DNA of 64,000 bases, taken from NCBI GenBank assembly GCA_965207755.1, contig OZ242297.1, positions 199,406 to 263,405 on the forward strand, written 5' to 3'. Under the pieces are notes generated by a model. It was not told the DNA's origin and did no database searches. It was given only the letters and a program-made list of their open reading frames with translations. Shown here one piece after another: positions 1 through 9,851 of the stretch; position 1 is the first letter of the stretch, and the number at the start of each line of letters is the position of its first letter. The stretch is from Acidimicrobiales bacterium. GTDB taxonomy: Bacteria; Actinomycetota; Acidimicrobiia; Acidimicrobiales; Aldehydirespiratoraceae. The translations under genes were made by a program, and so were the position numbers.

Positions 1-174
1 GCCTGCTGGCATCCCGACAACGTGTGGAGCCTGCACGGCCTGCACGAGTGCCTGACCCGCCGGGGCGAGACCGTAGAGGCCAACCACATCAAGCAGCGCC
101 TAGACATGGCCCAAGCCCGAGCCGACGTCCCGATCGAGTCGTCTTGCTACTGCCGCCTAGAACGCGCCGCCTGA
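1..174 (+). CDS. 3' end of an unidentified CDS entering from upstream of the window
   Basis: Frame 1 is open from base 1 to TGA at 172-174 (..WSLHGLHECLTRRGETVEANHIKQRLD..). GC3-rich like neighbouring genes. No family recognised. Confidence 0.35.
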   Translation, partial: ACWHPDNVWSLHGLHECLTRRGETVEANHIKQRLDMAQARADVPIESSCYCRLERAA

Positions 175-198
175 ACAGTCCCCAGCCGTCCCCCAGTT

Positions 199-303
199 TC
201 TCGGGTTGGTTTTCGGCGTCCACCGCCCATAACCGACCCGAGATTTGTGGCGGGGAGTTCTCGGGTTGGTTGTTGGCGTCCACCGCCCATAAGCGACCCG
301 AGA
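199..303. repeat. Hairpin repeat family 1 (TCTCGG..N33..CCGAGA), 2 tandem copies, period 60
   Basis: TCTCGGGTTGGTT...AACCGACCCGAGA at 199-243 and 259-303. 13-bp arms are near-perfect reverse complements. Confidence 0.85.
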
Positions 304-396
304 TTTTGGCGGAGTGACCGGCTGAACGCGCGGCCCGACTACCGGCTGACGTCCGCCTTGCCGAGCCTCCCGCGGAACGGGGCCTAGCGTGGTGAC

Positions 397-2016
397 GTGA
401 CCTCCCGGACCCATGTCCTGTGCGTCCTGCTGGCTGCACTCGCGCTGGTTGCTGCCGCCTGCTCAGGCGGCAGCGACACGGACACGACCGCGTTCACCGA
501 CGACTCGACGGCCGAGCCCCAGGAGGTCGCGACCCTAGACGCGGAGACCCCGGCGACCACCCCAGAGACCGACCCCGCCACCCCAGAGTCTGAGCCCGCC
601 GCCGCGCCAGCGAGCGACACCCCAGAGTCTGAGCCCGCCGCCGGGCCAGCGAGCGACACCGCCGAGTCTGAGCCCGCCGTCGGGACGGGCCCGCAGGACC
701 CGCGGGAGCGGGGCGTGCTGCGCAACTTCCTGGGGTACGAGTTCCCGCCCGCCCCCGACACCCCGACCGGCCCGATCGACCAGGCCGCGGTCGACGTCCT
801 CGAGGTCATCTGGGCCGGGCTCGAACGGGGCGGCTTCGACGGTGGCGTGGTCGCCGCCCTCGGCGACACCGGCGACCCCCGCCTGGCCTGGATCCTGTCC
901 GACCTGCTCCGGTTCTTCTTCGTCGGCGACATCCACGACGGCGCCGTCTCGGCGTTCCAGCGGCTGACCGGTGTGAGGCTGAACGACGACCCGGTGTCCG
1001 AGCGGAGCCGCTGGCAGTCGGCCACCGACCACCTGATCGCCTGGGACCTCCCGGCCTTCCCCGGATACGCCGACTACAAGAAGCGGCTGTTCCTGCTGGT
1101 CGACGCCGGCTGGGCGCCGCTGTTCGCCGACCCCGACGCCACCATCGACTGGCGGCTGGTGAGCTGGGGAGGCGTGCGGATCGACGACCGTCCGCTGGGC
1201 GACCCCGACGCCTGCCCCCGGGGCTGCATCCCGGCCCTGGACGACCCCGCGGTCACCGGCGCGGCCGGCGGCGCCTGGTACGCCGACGACGGCATCGTGT
1301 TCGCGGTCGTGGTCAACGGCGAGGTCCGGGCCTACCCCCGCAACATCATGGAGATCCACGAGATGGTGAACGACACCCTCGGCGGGCGCCGCATCGGCAT
1401 GCCGTACTGCACGCTGTGCGGCTCGGCCCAAGCCTACTTCACCGACGACTTGCCCGCCGGCGTGGAGACTCCCGTCCTGCGCACGTCGGGCCTGCTGGCC
1501 AGGTCCAACAAGGTGATGTACGACCTGGTCACCAGGTCGGTGTTCGACACGTTCACCGGCGAGGCGATCTCGGGGCCGCTGCGCGAGCGGGGGGTGGTCC
1601 TCAACCAGGCCACCGTGGTCACCACCACCTGGGGCGAGTGGAAGGCGGCCCATCCCGACACCACCATCATCGCCGAGGACGGCGGCATCGGCCGCAGCTA
1701 CCCGCTCGACCCGCTGCGGGGCCGCGACGACGGCGGACCCATCTTCCCGATCGGCGACGCCGACGGCACCCTCGGCGTCCACGACCAGGTCTTCGGTGTG
1801 GTGCTGGACGACGGCACCCCGGTGGCGTTCCCCGTCGACGCCGCCGCGGCGACCCTCGAAGCGGGCGGACGCGTCGAACTGGCCGGGGTGACGCTCCGCC
1901 CGGACGGCGGCGGCGTGCGGGCCGTCGACTCGGCCGGCAACGAGATCGAGGGACACCAGGCGTTCTGGTTCGCCTGGAGCCAGTTCATGCCCGACACCCT
2001 CCTCTGGCAGCCCTGA
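397..2016 (+). CDS. DUF3179 family lipoprotein
   Basis: Signal peptide plus lipobox (LALVAAAC). The C-terminal body with YCTLCGSAQAYF is typical of DUF3179. N-terminal linker holds a 39-bp x3 in-frame repeat (ESEPAAxPASDTP). Confidence 0.8.
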   Translation: MTSRTHVLCVLLAALALVAAACSGGSDTDTTAFTDDSTAEPQEVATLDAETPATTPETDPATPESEPAAAPASDTPESEPAAGPASDTAESEPAVGTGPQDPRERGVLRNFLGYEFPPAPDTPTGPIDQAAVDVLEVIWAGLERGGFDGGVVAALGDTGDPRLAWILSDLLRFFFVGDIHDGAVSAFQRLTGVRLNDDPVSERSRWQSATDHLIAWDLPAFPGYADYKKRLFLLVDAGWAPLFADPDATIDWRLVSWGGVRIDDRPLGDPDACPRGCIPALDDPAVTGAAGGAWYADDGIVFAVVVNGEVRAYPRNIMEIHEMVNDTLGGRRIGMPYCTLCGSAQAYFTDDLPAGVETPVLRTSGLLARSNKVMYDLVTRSVFDTFTGEAISGPLRERGVVLNQATVVTTTWGEWKAAHPDTTIIAEDGGIGRSYPLDPLRGRDDGGPIFPIGDADGTLGVHDQVFGVVLDDGTPVAFPVDAAAATLEAGGRVELAGVTLRPDGGGVRAVDSAGNEIEGHQAFWFAWSQFMPDTLLWQP

Positions 2017-2467
2017 GGGCCGACACGGAATTCTCAGGTTTGTGACAGGATCGGGTGGTTGGGGTGGTCCCATTCGCCACCGACTTCCAGTTCTTCGGCG
2101 GGGTGCTACCGGCGTTCCATTCGCCCGTGAATCGGACCCATTCGGGGACGTAGATGATGGAGAAGGCGCGTCTGGGACGGTCGGACCGGTTGGGCCCGGC
2201 GCGGTGGAAGGTGCAGCTGTGGTGGGAGGTGACCCCGCCGGCCTCCATCTCCATCGTCTGGTTGAAGACGCGCTCGTAGGCCTCGCCATGGCGTCCGCCG
2301 CCTTCGGCCCCGAGTATCCGGTCTCGACCGGTGGCTACGGCGTCGTCGATCGCGGCGCGCAGGGGAGCGATCTCGGATGCGGTGAAGAATGACGGGTACT
2401 GGATGTAGCCGTTCTGCTGGTAGGAGTCGACCTCTGACGGGGTGACTGGGTCGAGCGGCCCGGTCAC
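1985..2467 (-). pseudogene. Phytanoyl-CoA dioxygenase (PhyH) family remnant with apparent internal deletion
   Basis: 160 aa. A PhyH-like N-terminus (SEVDSYQQNGYIQYP) joins directly to the C-terminal His motif region (FHRAGPNRSDRPRRAF). The central HxD-bearing core (~100 aa) is missing. 3' end overlaps the DUF3179 gene by 32 nt. Confidence 0.5.
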
Positions 2468-2516
2468 AAGCCGGATCTGGAGTTCGGGAGTTTCGAGCCT
2501 TCAAATGTGAACAGGG

Positions 2517-4097
2517 TCAGAGTTGAGGCTCGCCGTTGAGGCGCCGGGCCAGTGACAGGGGGTTGGCGTCGCGGACTGCGTCCGGGAGCAGGTCGGACGG
2601 GAAGTTCTGGTAGCAGACCGGGCGCTGGAACCGCCGGATGGCCAGCGTGCCCACCGACGTCGAGCGGGGATCGGAGGTGGCCGGGAACGGGCCGCCATGC
2701 ACCATGGCGTGGTTGACCTCCACCCCGGTCGGCCAGCCGTTGGCGATCAGCCGGCCCGCCTTGCGCTCCAGCACCGGCACCAACTCGGCCGCGGCCGCAT
2801 GATCCGACTCGGCCATGTGAATCGAGGCCGCGAGCTGGCCCGGCAGCGCCTCCAGCAACGCCCGCAGCTCGTCCATCGACTCGTAGATGGCCACCAGCCC
2901 GGCCGAGCCGAACACCTCCTCCTGGAGGTCGGGCGACTCCAGCACCTCGGCCGCGGTGGCGGTGAACAGCACCGGCGCGGGCGCGTTGGCCGAATCCCCG
3001 GCACTCCCCGTACACACCCGGTTCGCACCGGCCGCCTCAAGCCGGGCCAGCCCCTCGTGGTAAGACTCGCGGATCCCGGCGGTCAGCATCACCTGGCCGG
3101 TCTGGGAGGCCACCGCCGCGGCGATGGCCTCTACCAGCCCGCTGGCCGGCGCCGGCACGAACAGCAGCCCCGGGTTGGTGCAGAACTGGCCCGCGCCCAG
3201 CGTCAGCGACCCCGCATAGGCGGACGCGAACGCCTCCAGGTCACCAGTCGCAGCCCCGGCCAGCACCACCTGAGGGTTGATGCTCGACATCTCGGCGTAC
3301 ACCGGGATCGGCTCGGGCCGGGCCGCCGCGGTGGCCATCAGCGCGGTGCCGCCCGCCTGCGACCCCGTGAAGGCCACGGCCTTGATCGCCGGATGGGCGG
3401 CCAGGGCCTGGCCCACCACCCGGCCCGCCCCGAACAGCAGCGAGTACACCCCGCCGGGCAGCCCGCAGGCCTCCACCGCAGCCGCCACCGCCGATCCGGC
3501 CAACTCGGCCGTCCCCGGATGGGCGTTGTGGGCTTTGACGATCACCGGGCAGCCGGCGGCCAGCGCCGAGGCCACGTCGCCGCCGGCAGCCGAGAACGCC
3601 AGCGGGAAGTTGCTGGGCCCGAACACCGCCACCGGGCCCACCCCGATGTGGCGCTGGCGCACATCCGGCGCTGGCAGCGGCGCCCGGTCGGGCTGGGCCG
3701 CGTCGATGCGCACCCCCTGGTGGGAGCCGAGCCGCACCTCCCGGGCGAACAGCCGGATCTGGCCGGTGGTACGACCGTGCTCGCCCTCGATCCTGGCCCG
3801 GGGCAGCCCGCTCTCGAGGCAGGCCCGGTCCACGAGGGCCTCCCGCCGGTCGTCGAGCTCGGCCGCGATCCGCTCCAAGAACCCGGCCCGCTCAGCCGGC
3901 GAGGTCTCCCGGAACACGTCGAAGGCCACCCCGGCCGCGGCCGCCGCCGCGTCCACAGCCGCCTCGGTCACGAACGAGAACTCCGGGTCCAGCTCAGCCC
4001 CCGAAGCCGGATCCACCGCCCGAACCGACTCGCCCGAACCAGCGCCGTCCCACCCGGCGATGATCGAGCGCCCCGTCGGCTCTGCCTGTGCCGTCAT
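2517..4097 (-). CDS. NAD(P)-dependent aldehyde dehydrogenase, alpha-ketoglutarate semialdehyde dehydrogenase-like
   Basis: 526 aa with ALDH family motifs (FTGSxxGG, EEVFGS, catalytic QFCTNPG). The length and N-terminus resemble the KGSADH subgroup. Confidence 0.85.
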   Translation of the reverse strand: MTAQAEPTGRSIIAGWDGAGSGESVRAVDPASGAELDPEFSFVTEAAVDAAAAAAGVAFDVFRETSPAERAGFLERIAAELDDRREALVDRACLESGLPRARIEGEHGRTTGQIRLFAREVRLGSHQGVRIDAAQPDRAPLPAPDVRQRHIGVGPVAVFGPSNFPLAFSAAGGDVASALAAGCPVIVKAHNAHPGTAELAGSAVAAAVEACGLPGGVYSLLFGAGRVVGQALAAHPAIKAVAFTGSQAGGTALMATAAARPEPIPVYAEMSSINPQVVLAGAATGDLEAFASAYAGSLTLGAGQFCTNPGLLFVPAPASGLVEAIAAAVASQTGQVMLTAGIRESYHEGLARLEAAGANRVCTGSAGDSANAPAPVLFTATAAEVLESPDLQEEVFGSAGLVAIYESMDELRALLEALPGQLAASIHMAESDHAAAAELVPVLERKAGRLIANGWPTGVEVNHAMVHGGPFPATSDPRSTSVGTLAIRRFQRPVCYQNFPSDLLPDAVRDANPLSLARRLNGEPQL

Positions 4098-4138
4098 GGC
4101 CGCCCTGTCAGGCCGTGCCGTTCTGCCTGTGCCGTCAT
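4094..4138 (-). other. 14-codon mini-ORF made by duplication of the ALDH start; its TGA overlaps the ALDH ATG (ATGA)
   Basis: GCCATGACGGCACAGGCAGA occurs twice (4081-4100 and 4122-4141). The upstream copy reads MTAQAERHGLTGRP*; the true gene starts MTAQAEPTGRS. Confidence 0.6.
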
Positions 4139-4245
4139 GGCTGTCTTGCCATGCTCAACGGGCACCTCCTCCCCGCCCCGGACCTCCAGTCCCGGAGCAC
4201 GGCACAGGTATAGCGACGGGCTATGACAGAGCCGCGACACAGCTC

Positions 4246-5160
4246 TCACGCAACCATGCTCGCCCGGTGCTCGCTGACCGCGGTTTCCCACTGCGGCCAC
4301 GTCGGCCTTGCCTTCTCGGGCAGCACCGCGAAGGGCACGTCACCAGCCGCGCGACACCCGTTCTCGATGAACTCCGCCTGCGCTCGTACCGGGTCGTCCA
4401 GACCGGCGCTGGACGGGGTCGGCATGAAGCGGAAGTCGACGCTCCAGCGGCACTCCCGAGTCCGGTTCTGCTTGCTGCCGTGGACGGTGAGATTGGTGAA
4501 GAACAACGCCCCGCCCACCTTCACCGGTACCGGCACCGGCGTGGCCCGGGCCTCGATGTCCTCGCCGATCCGGACATTGCGGTCCTCGCCCCGCATCGCA
4601 TCCAGCAGACCCCAGCGGTGGCTGCCCGGGATCACCCAGCAGCAGCCGTTCTCGACCGTGGCCGGCACAAGCGGCACCCACACCGACACCATGTGCAGGT
4701 CCCCGGTGTGCTTCTCCATCCGCCCCACCTCGGTCTGGTCGAAGTAGTGGCTGTCCTGGTGCCAGGGGAACGACGTGACCTCGCTGCCCGGAAGCTTCTG
4801 GCGCAGCGACGGGCTCGCGATCACCGAGACCTCCTCACCCAGCAGCAGGCCCACGACCCGCAGGATCCCCGAATGGGTGTACAGCCCGTAGAACTCGGGC
4901 CCGAAGAGCCCGAGACCCCAGTCCCGCGGCGAGATGCCCTGCTCCTCGCAGATGGCCGCGTACCGGCGCTCGAACGGCTCGCCGGCATGCAGCGACGCCA
5001 ACTCGCCCCGGGCGTGCTGCTCGGACGCGTACCGATCGATCGCCGCCGCGATGAAGCCCCGCATCGGATCCAAGTCCCGGTCCTCGACGACGTCATCAAC
5101 CACCACATAGCCGTCGCGCTGGTAGTGCTCGACGATCTCGGTGTCGCTCATTTGCGCCAT
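4246..5160 (-). CDS. Phytanoyl-CoA dioxygenase (PhyH) family Fe(II)/2OG oxygenase
   Basis: 304 aa with N-terminal YQRDGYVVV, WHQDSHYF (HxD) and distal His (TVHGSKQNRT). Confidence 0.85.
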   Translation of the reverse strand: MAQMSDTEIVEHYQRDGYVVVDDVVEDRDLDPMRGFIAAAIDRYASEQHARGELASLHAGEPFERRYAAICEEQGISPRDWGLGLFGPEFYGLYTHSGILRVVGLLLGEEVSVIASPSLRQKLPGSEVTSFPWHQDSHYFDQTEVGRMEKHTGDLHMVSVWVPLVPATVENGCCWVIPGSHRWGLLDAMRGEDRNVRIGEDIEARATPVPVPVKVGGALFFTNLTVHGSKQNRTRECRWSVDFRFMPTPSSAGLDDPVRAQAEFIENGCRAAGDVPFAVLPEKARPTWPQWETAVSEHRASMVA

Positions 5161-5219
5161 GCGCCACCTCCGTGGGTCGTCGCCCCGCTGAGGCCACCCG
5201 GTTTGGACAGCCCTTCAGT

Positions 5220-5238
5220 GATGTATATATCATGCATC
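5220..5238. promoter_or_regulatory. Candidate operator palindrome GATGTAT-N5-ATGCATC in the divergent phyH/gntR intergenic region
   Basis: GATGTATATATCATGCATC lies in an AT-rich pocket. A near-identical 19-mer occurs at 19020-19038. Confidence 0.5.
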
Positions 5239-5265
5239 CAACCGAGGCAGGAGGGTCAACACCGG

Positions 5266-5949
5266 GTGGGTCCTTCCCGACTAGCACCGCTGGCGCGAAA
5301 GAACCTGAGCGAGCAGATCATCGACGCGATCCGCAACGCGATCGTGGAAGGCCGCTTCCGGCCGGGCGACAAGATCCCGGAAGCCGAACTGGCCGAGCAA
5401 CTCGGAGTGAGCCGCACTCCCGTCCGGGAAGCGTTCAAGCTGCTCGAACAGCAGGGCCTCATCGAGATCCGGTCCAAGCACGGGACCTACGTGGCCAGCA
5501 TGAACCGGGCCGAGGCCGAGGACGGGCTGCACGTCCGCGCCGCGCTCGAAGTCCTCGCCGTGCGCCAGGCCCTCGACCGCCTCTCAGTCGAGGAATGGGA
5601 CGAGATCTGCAGCCGGTACGAGGCCATGCTGCAGGACGCCTGGCGGGCCTCCGACACCGCCGACGCGGTCGTCGGCATCGAGTTCGACATCGCCTGGCAC
5701 ACGCTGCTGGTCGAGTCGGCCGGGAACCAGGCCCTGCTCCGCACCTGGTCGATGGCCGGGCTGTCCAACCTCATCTGGTCGTTCGAGTTCGAGCTCTATC
5801 CCCTCGACGATGTGGCCTTCAAGTCGTGGGTGCTCCGCCACGTCGAGTTCCTGGACGTGCTGCGGAGCCGCGACCCGGACGCCTGCGAGGAGGCCGTCCG
5901 CTCCCACATTCTCATCAAGGTGCACGACGTGGACGACGTCGACGGCTGA
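5266..5949 (+). CDS. GntR family (FadR/FCD-type) transcriptional regulator
   Basis: Winged-HTH (IPEAELAEQLGVSRTPVREAFKLLEQQGLI) plus FCD-like C-terminal domain. GTG at 5266 follows GGAGGG; an in-frame ATG at 5221 is an alternative start. Confidence 0.85.
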   Translation: MGPSRLAPLARKNLSEQIIDAIRNAIVEGRFRPGDKIPEAELAEQLGVSRTPVREAFKLLEQQGLIEIRSKHGTYVASMNRAEAEDGLHVRAALEVLAVRQALDRLSVEEWDEICSRYEAMLQDAWRASDTADAVVGIEFDIAWHTLLVESAGNQALLRTWSMAGLSNLIWSFEFELYPLDDVAFKSWVLRHVEFLDVLRSRDPDACEEAVRSHILIKVHDVDDVDG

Positions 5950-6017
5950 CGGCGTCGACGGCTGACTCCGCTGACCACTGAGCACAACCAACACACAACA
6001 CACCCCAGGGGGAGACA

Positions 6018-7709
6018 ATGTCAGACAGCGAACAAAGCAAAGAACAAGAGGGAGTCGTCAAGCGCACTCTCAGCAGGCGCAAGTTCAACATGATCGTCGG
6101 CGGCTCGGTGCTGCTGGCCGCCTGCGGCGACGACGGCGACACGGCCCAGCCGGCGGCCACCACAACCGCCGCGCCGGCCACCACCACCGAGGCCGCCCCC
6201 GCGACCACCACGCCCGCGACCACCACCACCATCGCGGCGACAACCACCACCGAGGCCGGCGCCACCACTACGACCGCCGCGCCGCGGCCCCTCAAGACGC
6301 TGCGCTACGGCTATCACGCCGCAGCCACATCGGCCGATACTCTCGATCCGGCCTACCGGACCTCGTCCACCGACGGGCTGTTCCAGGGGCTGGTCTCCGA
6401 GCAGATCGTCCGGCTGGACGAGAACCTCACCCCCACACCGCATCTGGCCGAGAGGTGGGAGGCCAACGCCGACGGCACCGAGTGGACGTTCCATCTGCGC
6501 GACGGCATCACCTTCCACGACGGCAAGCCGTTCGTGGCCGCCGACGTGGTGTATACCTTCCAGCGGCTCCTCGATCCCGACGTTGCATCGCCGGGCGCGG
6601 GCGGCCTGCCCGGCCTCGAACCCGACGGGATAACCGCGCCGGACGACCGCACGGTGGTCATGAGGCTCACCCAGCCCAACGTGGACTGGCCCGAGGCCAT
6701 CACCAACTCCCACACCCGGATCGTGCCCGAGGGCGCCACCAACGCCGATCTGGCCGCCCAGAGCCTCGGCACCGGCGCATACCGGATCGACGAGTTCATA
6801 CCGGGCGAGATCAGCACCGTCTTCGAGCGCAACGAGAACTACTGGCAGCCCGACTTGCCCAAGGTCGACTTCTTCGAGGTGATCACCATTCCCGAGGTAG
6901 AGGCCCAGTTGGCCGCCATCAGGGGCGGTCAGATTGACATCCTGTCGAGAGCCCCTGCGGCCCAGTTGGACGCTCTCGACGCCGAGCCCGACATCATGGT
7001 CATCAGCAATCCGGTCGGCAGTTCCTCGGTCGCCTACTGCCAGATAGATGTCCCGCCGTTCGACAACAACGACCTGCGCTTGGCCATCAAGTACGCCACC
7101 AACCGCCCGCAGCACAACGACCTCGTGTACGGGGGCCGGGCCTACCAGATGAACGACATCCCCCTGCCGGGGTTGATCCGGTTCGGCCTGACCGGCTCAC
7201 GCGAGCACAACCTGGCCATGGCCAGGGAGCACCTCAGCCGGGCCGGCTACGCCGACGGCATCGACTTGACGCTCACGCTGGCCTCCATGGAGGACTGGAT
7301 CGAGTGGACCCAGGTCTGGCAGCAACAGTTGGCCGAGGCCGGTATCAATGTCGAGCTGAACGTCACGCCGGCCGACACCTACTGGGGCGACCAGTGGCTG
7401 TCCGCGCCCTTCGCCATGACCGGCTGGAACGTCCGCACCGTCGACCATGGCCTGGGCCTGTGGTACCACTCCGAAGCCGAGTGGAACGAGACCCACTGGG
7501 CCGACGAGCAGTTCGACGCCGACCTGGCCGCCGCCCGGTCCACCACCGACGAGGCCGAGCGGACCAGGCTGTACCACAAGATGCAGCAGCAGATCATCGA
7601 CGAGGGCGGCCACTTCGTGCCCAACATGTTCCCCCTGAGCAGCGCGGTGCGCGTCGGCGTGACCGGTTGGCAGCCCCGCGGGGTCTACTACACCATCGAC
7701 GTCCCCTAA
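6018..7709 (+). CDS. ABC transporter substrate-binding protein, family 5 (peptide/nickel type), Tat/lipoprotein signal
   Basis: SRRKFNMIVGGSVLLAAC signal, Thr/Ala-rich linker, then an SBP_bac_5-like body of 563 aa. Confidence 0.9.
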   Translation: MSDSEQSKEQEGVVKRTLSRRKFNMIVGGSVLLAACGDDGDTAQPAATTTAAPATTTEAAPATTTPATTTTIAATTTTEAGATTTTAAPRPLKTLRYGYHAAATSADTLDPAYRTSSTDGLFQGLVSEQIVRLDENLTPTPHLAERWEANADGTEWTFHLRDGITFHDGKPFVAADVVYTFQRLLDPDVASPGAGGLPGLEPDGITAPDDRTVVMRLTQPNVDWPEAITNSHTRIVPEGATNADLAAQSLGTGAYRIDEFIPGEISTVFERNENYWQPDLPKVDFFEVITIPEVEAQLAAIRGGQIDILSRAPAAQLDALDAEPDIMVISNPVGSSSVAYCQIDVPPFDNNDLRLAIKYATNRPQHNDLVYGGRAYQMNDIPLPGLIRFGLTGSREHNLAMAREHLSRAGYADGIDLTLTLASMEDWIEWTQVWQQQLAEAGINVELNVTPADTYWGDQWLSAPFAMTGWNVRTVDHGLGLWYHSEAEWNETHWADEQFDADLAAARSTTDEAERTRLYHKMQQQIIDEGGHFVPNMFPLSSAVRVGVTGWQPRGVYYTIDVP

Positions 7710-7820
7710 ACGACGGGTCATGTGCCGCGGGTAGAACCCGCCAGATGAGCCGCATGAGTAGAGGCCGAGCGGGTAGGCGGCACCAATGCAAGAGACCTGC
7801 GAGGCGCTGAGCGAGGCCGT

Positions 7821-7859
7821 GGCCCGAGCGGCCCGTGAGCGCAGCGAACAAGAGCGGGA
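7821..7859 (+). repeat. Repeat family 2 (GAGCGGCCCGTGAGCGCAGCGAACAnGAGCGGG), single copy
   Basis: Same 33-38-mer as at 56851-57027 (x4), 59801-59836 and 63028-63066 (inverted). Confidence 0.8.
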
Positions 7860-7920
7860 GACACCACGCCGGACCGCGAGGCACTATTCCCGCTCGCGCT
7901 CGCATGAGTAGCCTCGGCTA

Positions 7921-8910
7921 GTGCATTTCGTCCGCGTAACCGGACAACGAACTGCGCTGGCCGTGGTCGCCCTGTTCGCGGTGTCGTTGATCACCTTCTG
8001 GGCGGTCGAGTTGCTGCCCGGCGACGCCGCCACCCGGATGCTCGGCCGGGAGGCCACCCCGGAGCGGGTGGCGAACTTCCGTGAGCAGATGAACCTCGAC
8101 GCGCCGGCGTTGGAGCGCTACACGACCTGGATCACCGGCTTCGTGCAGGGGGACTGGGGCGAGTCGCTGGTGCAGGCCCGGCCCAAAACCGAGGGGGCGC
8201 CCGCCGGGCGGATCAACCGGAGCGTCACCGACATCATCGTCCCCCGCCTGACCAACACGCTGCAGCTGGCCGCGTTCGCCCTGATCATGTACGTCCCGCT
8301 CAGCCTGCTGATCGGCATCGTCACCGCCGTCTACCGCGACCGGACCCTCGCGGCCGGCCTCTCGACGCTGGTGATCCTCGGCTGCGCGGTACCCGACTTC
8401 GTGATCGCCATATTCCTGCTGGTCATCTTCGCGGTGGCCCTCGAATGGTTCCCCGCGCTGTCGCTCGTCGACCAGGCCCAGTCGTTCGGGGCCGAGCTCA
8501 GGATGATGACCTTGCCCGCGGTGACGCTGACCGCGGCCATGACCGGCTTCGCGGTGCGCCAGATGCAGGCCAGCCTGTTGTCGGTGCTGAACTCCGACTA
8601 CGTGCAGTTCGCCACCCTCAAGGGCCTGCCCCGCCGCCGGGTGCTGCTGCTGCACGCGCTGCCCAACGCCCTGGGCCCGGCCCTGCGAGCCACCGTGATC
8701 AACGTGGTGTGGCTGGTCGGCGGGGTGGTGCTGGTGGAGGTGGTGTTCACCTATCCGGGCATCGGGCTGCTGCTGCTCGACGCGCTGCGGCTGCTGGACA
8801 CGCCGGTGATCCTAGCCTCGACCATGATCCTGGCCGGCGTCTACGTTCTGTGCAACCTGGGGGCCGACCTGGTGGCGGCCGCGTTGAACCCCCGCCTGAG
8901 GACCGGCTGA
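7921..8910 (+). CDS. ABC transporter permease (DppB/OppB-like)
   Basis: 329 aa with a multi-TM BPD_transp_1 pattern and N-terminal ..ITFWAVELLPGD. Confidence 0.9.
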   Translation: MHFVRVTGQRTALAVVALFAVSLITFWAVELLPGDAATRMLGREATPERVANFREQMNLDAPALERYTTWITGFVQGDWGESLVQARPKTEGAPAGRINRSVTDIIVPRLTNTLQLAAFALIMYVPLSLLIGIVTAVYRDRTLAAGLSTLVILGCAVPDFVIAIFLLVIFAVALEWFPALSLVDQAQSFGAELRMMTLPAVTLTAAMTGFAVRQMQASLLSVLNSDYVQFATLKGLPRRRVLLLHALPNALGPALRATVINVVWLVGGVVLVEVVFTYPGIGLLLLDALRLLDTPVILASTMILAGVYVLCNLGADLVAAALNPRLRTG

Positions 8911-9851
8911 TGGCCGAGCCCGCCGACGCCGGTGTGGCTGAGACCCCTGCAGCCGACACTCAGGTGGCCGGCAGTCAGGTGGCCGGCGGGCCGGTGGCCG
9001 GGCCCGGCCGCCTCCGGAGGCTGGCGCGTCTCACCCGCGAGCGCCCCGTGTTCGTGGTGCTCCTGGGTGTGCTGGCCCTGCACTTCTTCACCGCCATCAC
9101 CGGACCGTGGTGGGCGCCGTACACCCACGACACGATGCTGGTCGGCGAACCGTTCACCGGCCCGTCGTGGGACCATCCCTTCGGCACCGACAACTTCGGG
9201 CGGGACGTGTTCAGCCGGGTGGTCCGGGGCGAGCGGATCGTGCTCATCCAGGCGCTGTCGGCATCGGGACTGGCCATCATCTCCGGCTCCACCATCGGCA
9301 TCCTGCTGGCCTACAAGCGGGGCTGGGTCGACGAGGTCGGCATGCGGGGCGTCGACATCATGCTGGCCCTGCCGGGACTCATCATGACCCTGCTCATCCT
9401 GGGCTCGATCGAGACCAACAACCTAGTGATCATCCTGACCGTCGCCTTCTTCTTCACATGGCCGGTCACCCTCACCGTCCGGGCCGCGGCCCTGGGGGTG
9501 GTCACCGAGGACTTCGTGACCAAGGCCAAGCTGAGAGGGGAGTCGGCGTTGTCGATCGCCCGGCGAGAGATCCTGCCCAACGTGCTGGGCAACGTGCTGG
9601 TGGAGTTCTCGCTGCGCACCGGGTACGCGGTGTTCTTCATCGGGGCGCTCAGCTTCCTGGGCTTCGCGGCCGCGCCGCCGTCGCCCGAGTGGGGGCTGAT
9701 GATCAATGAGGGCCGCAAGTTCCTCAGCGCCTCCAAGTGGATGGTGCTGGGCCCCGCCGGGGCGCTGGCCTCGCTGGTGGTGGCGCTGAGCCTTGTCACC
9801 GAGGAGGTCGCCGACATCCTCGGCGTGTCCACCCGCCGGAGCTCGGGCTGA
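8910..9851 (+). CDS. ABC transporter permease (DppC/OppC-like)
   Basis: ATG overlaps the upstream stop (ATGA). Contains the HPFGTDNFGRDVFSRV motif typical of DppC-type permeases. Confidence 0.9.
   Translation: MAEPADAGVAETPAADTQVAGSQVAGGPVAGPGRLRRLARLTRERPVFVVLLGVLALHFFTAITGPWWAPYTHDTMLVGEPFTGPSWDHPFGTDNFGRDVFSRVVRGERIVLIQALSASGLAIISGSTIGILLAYKRGWVDEVGMRGVDIMLALPGLIMTLLILGSIETNNLVIILTVAFFFTWPVTLTVRAAALGVVTEDFVTKAKLRGESALSIARREILPNVLGNVLVEFSLRTGYAVFFIGALSFLGFAAAPPSPEWGLMINEGRKFLSASKWMVLGPAGALASLVVALSLVTEEVADILGVSTRRSSG

Noticed and set aside
535-2289. Many very long ORFs overlapping or antisense to recognised genes. Examples: 535-2289(-), 2697-4226(+), the first ~2 kb of 3277-5949(+), 9796-11430(-), 19657-20979(-), 23825-26668(+), 34765-37578(-), the first 2.2 kb of 47119-51072(+), 51458-53545(-), 54618-56768(-).
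   Set aside because: These are typical shadow ORFs of ~70% GC DNA. Their translations are Arg/Gly/Pro/Ala-rich with no recognisable motifs. Each overlaps an ORF with clear family signatures on the other strand or in another frame.
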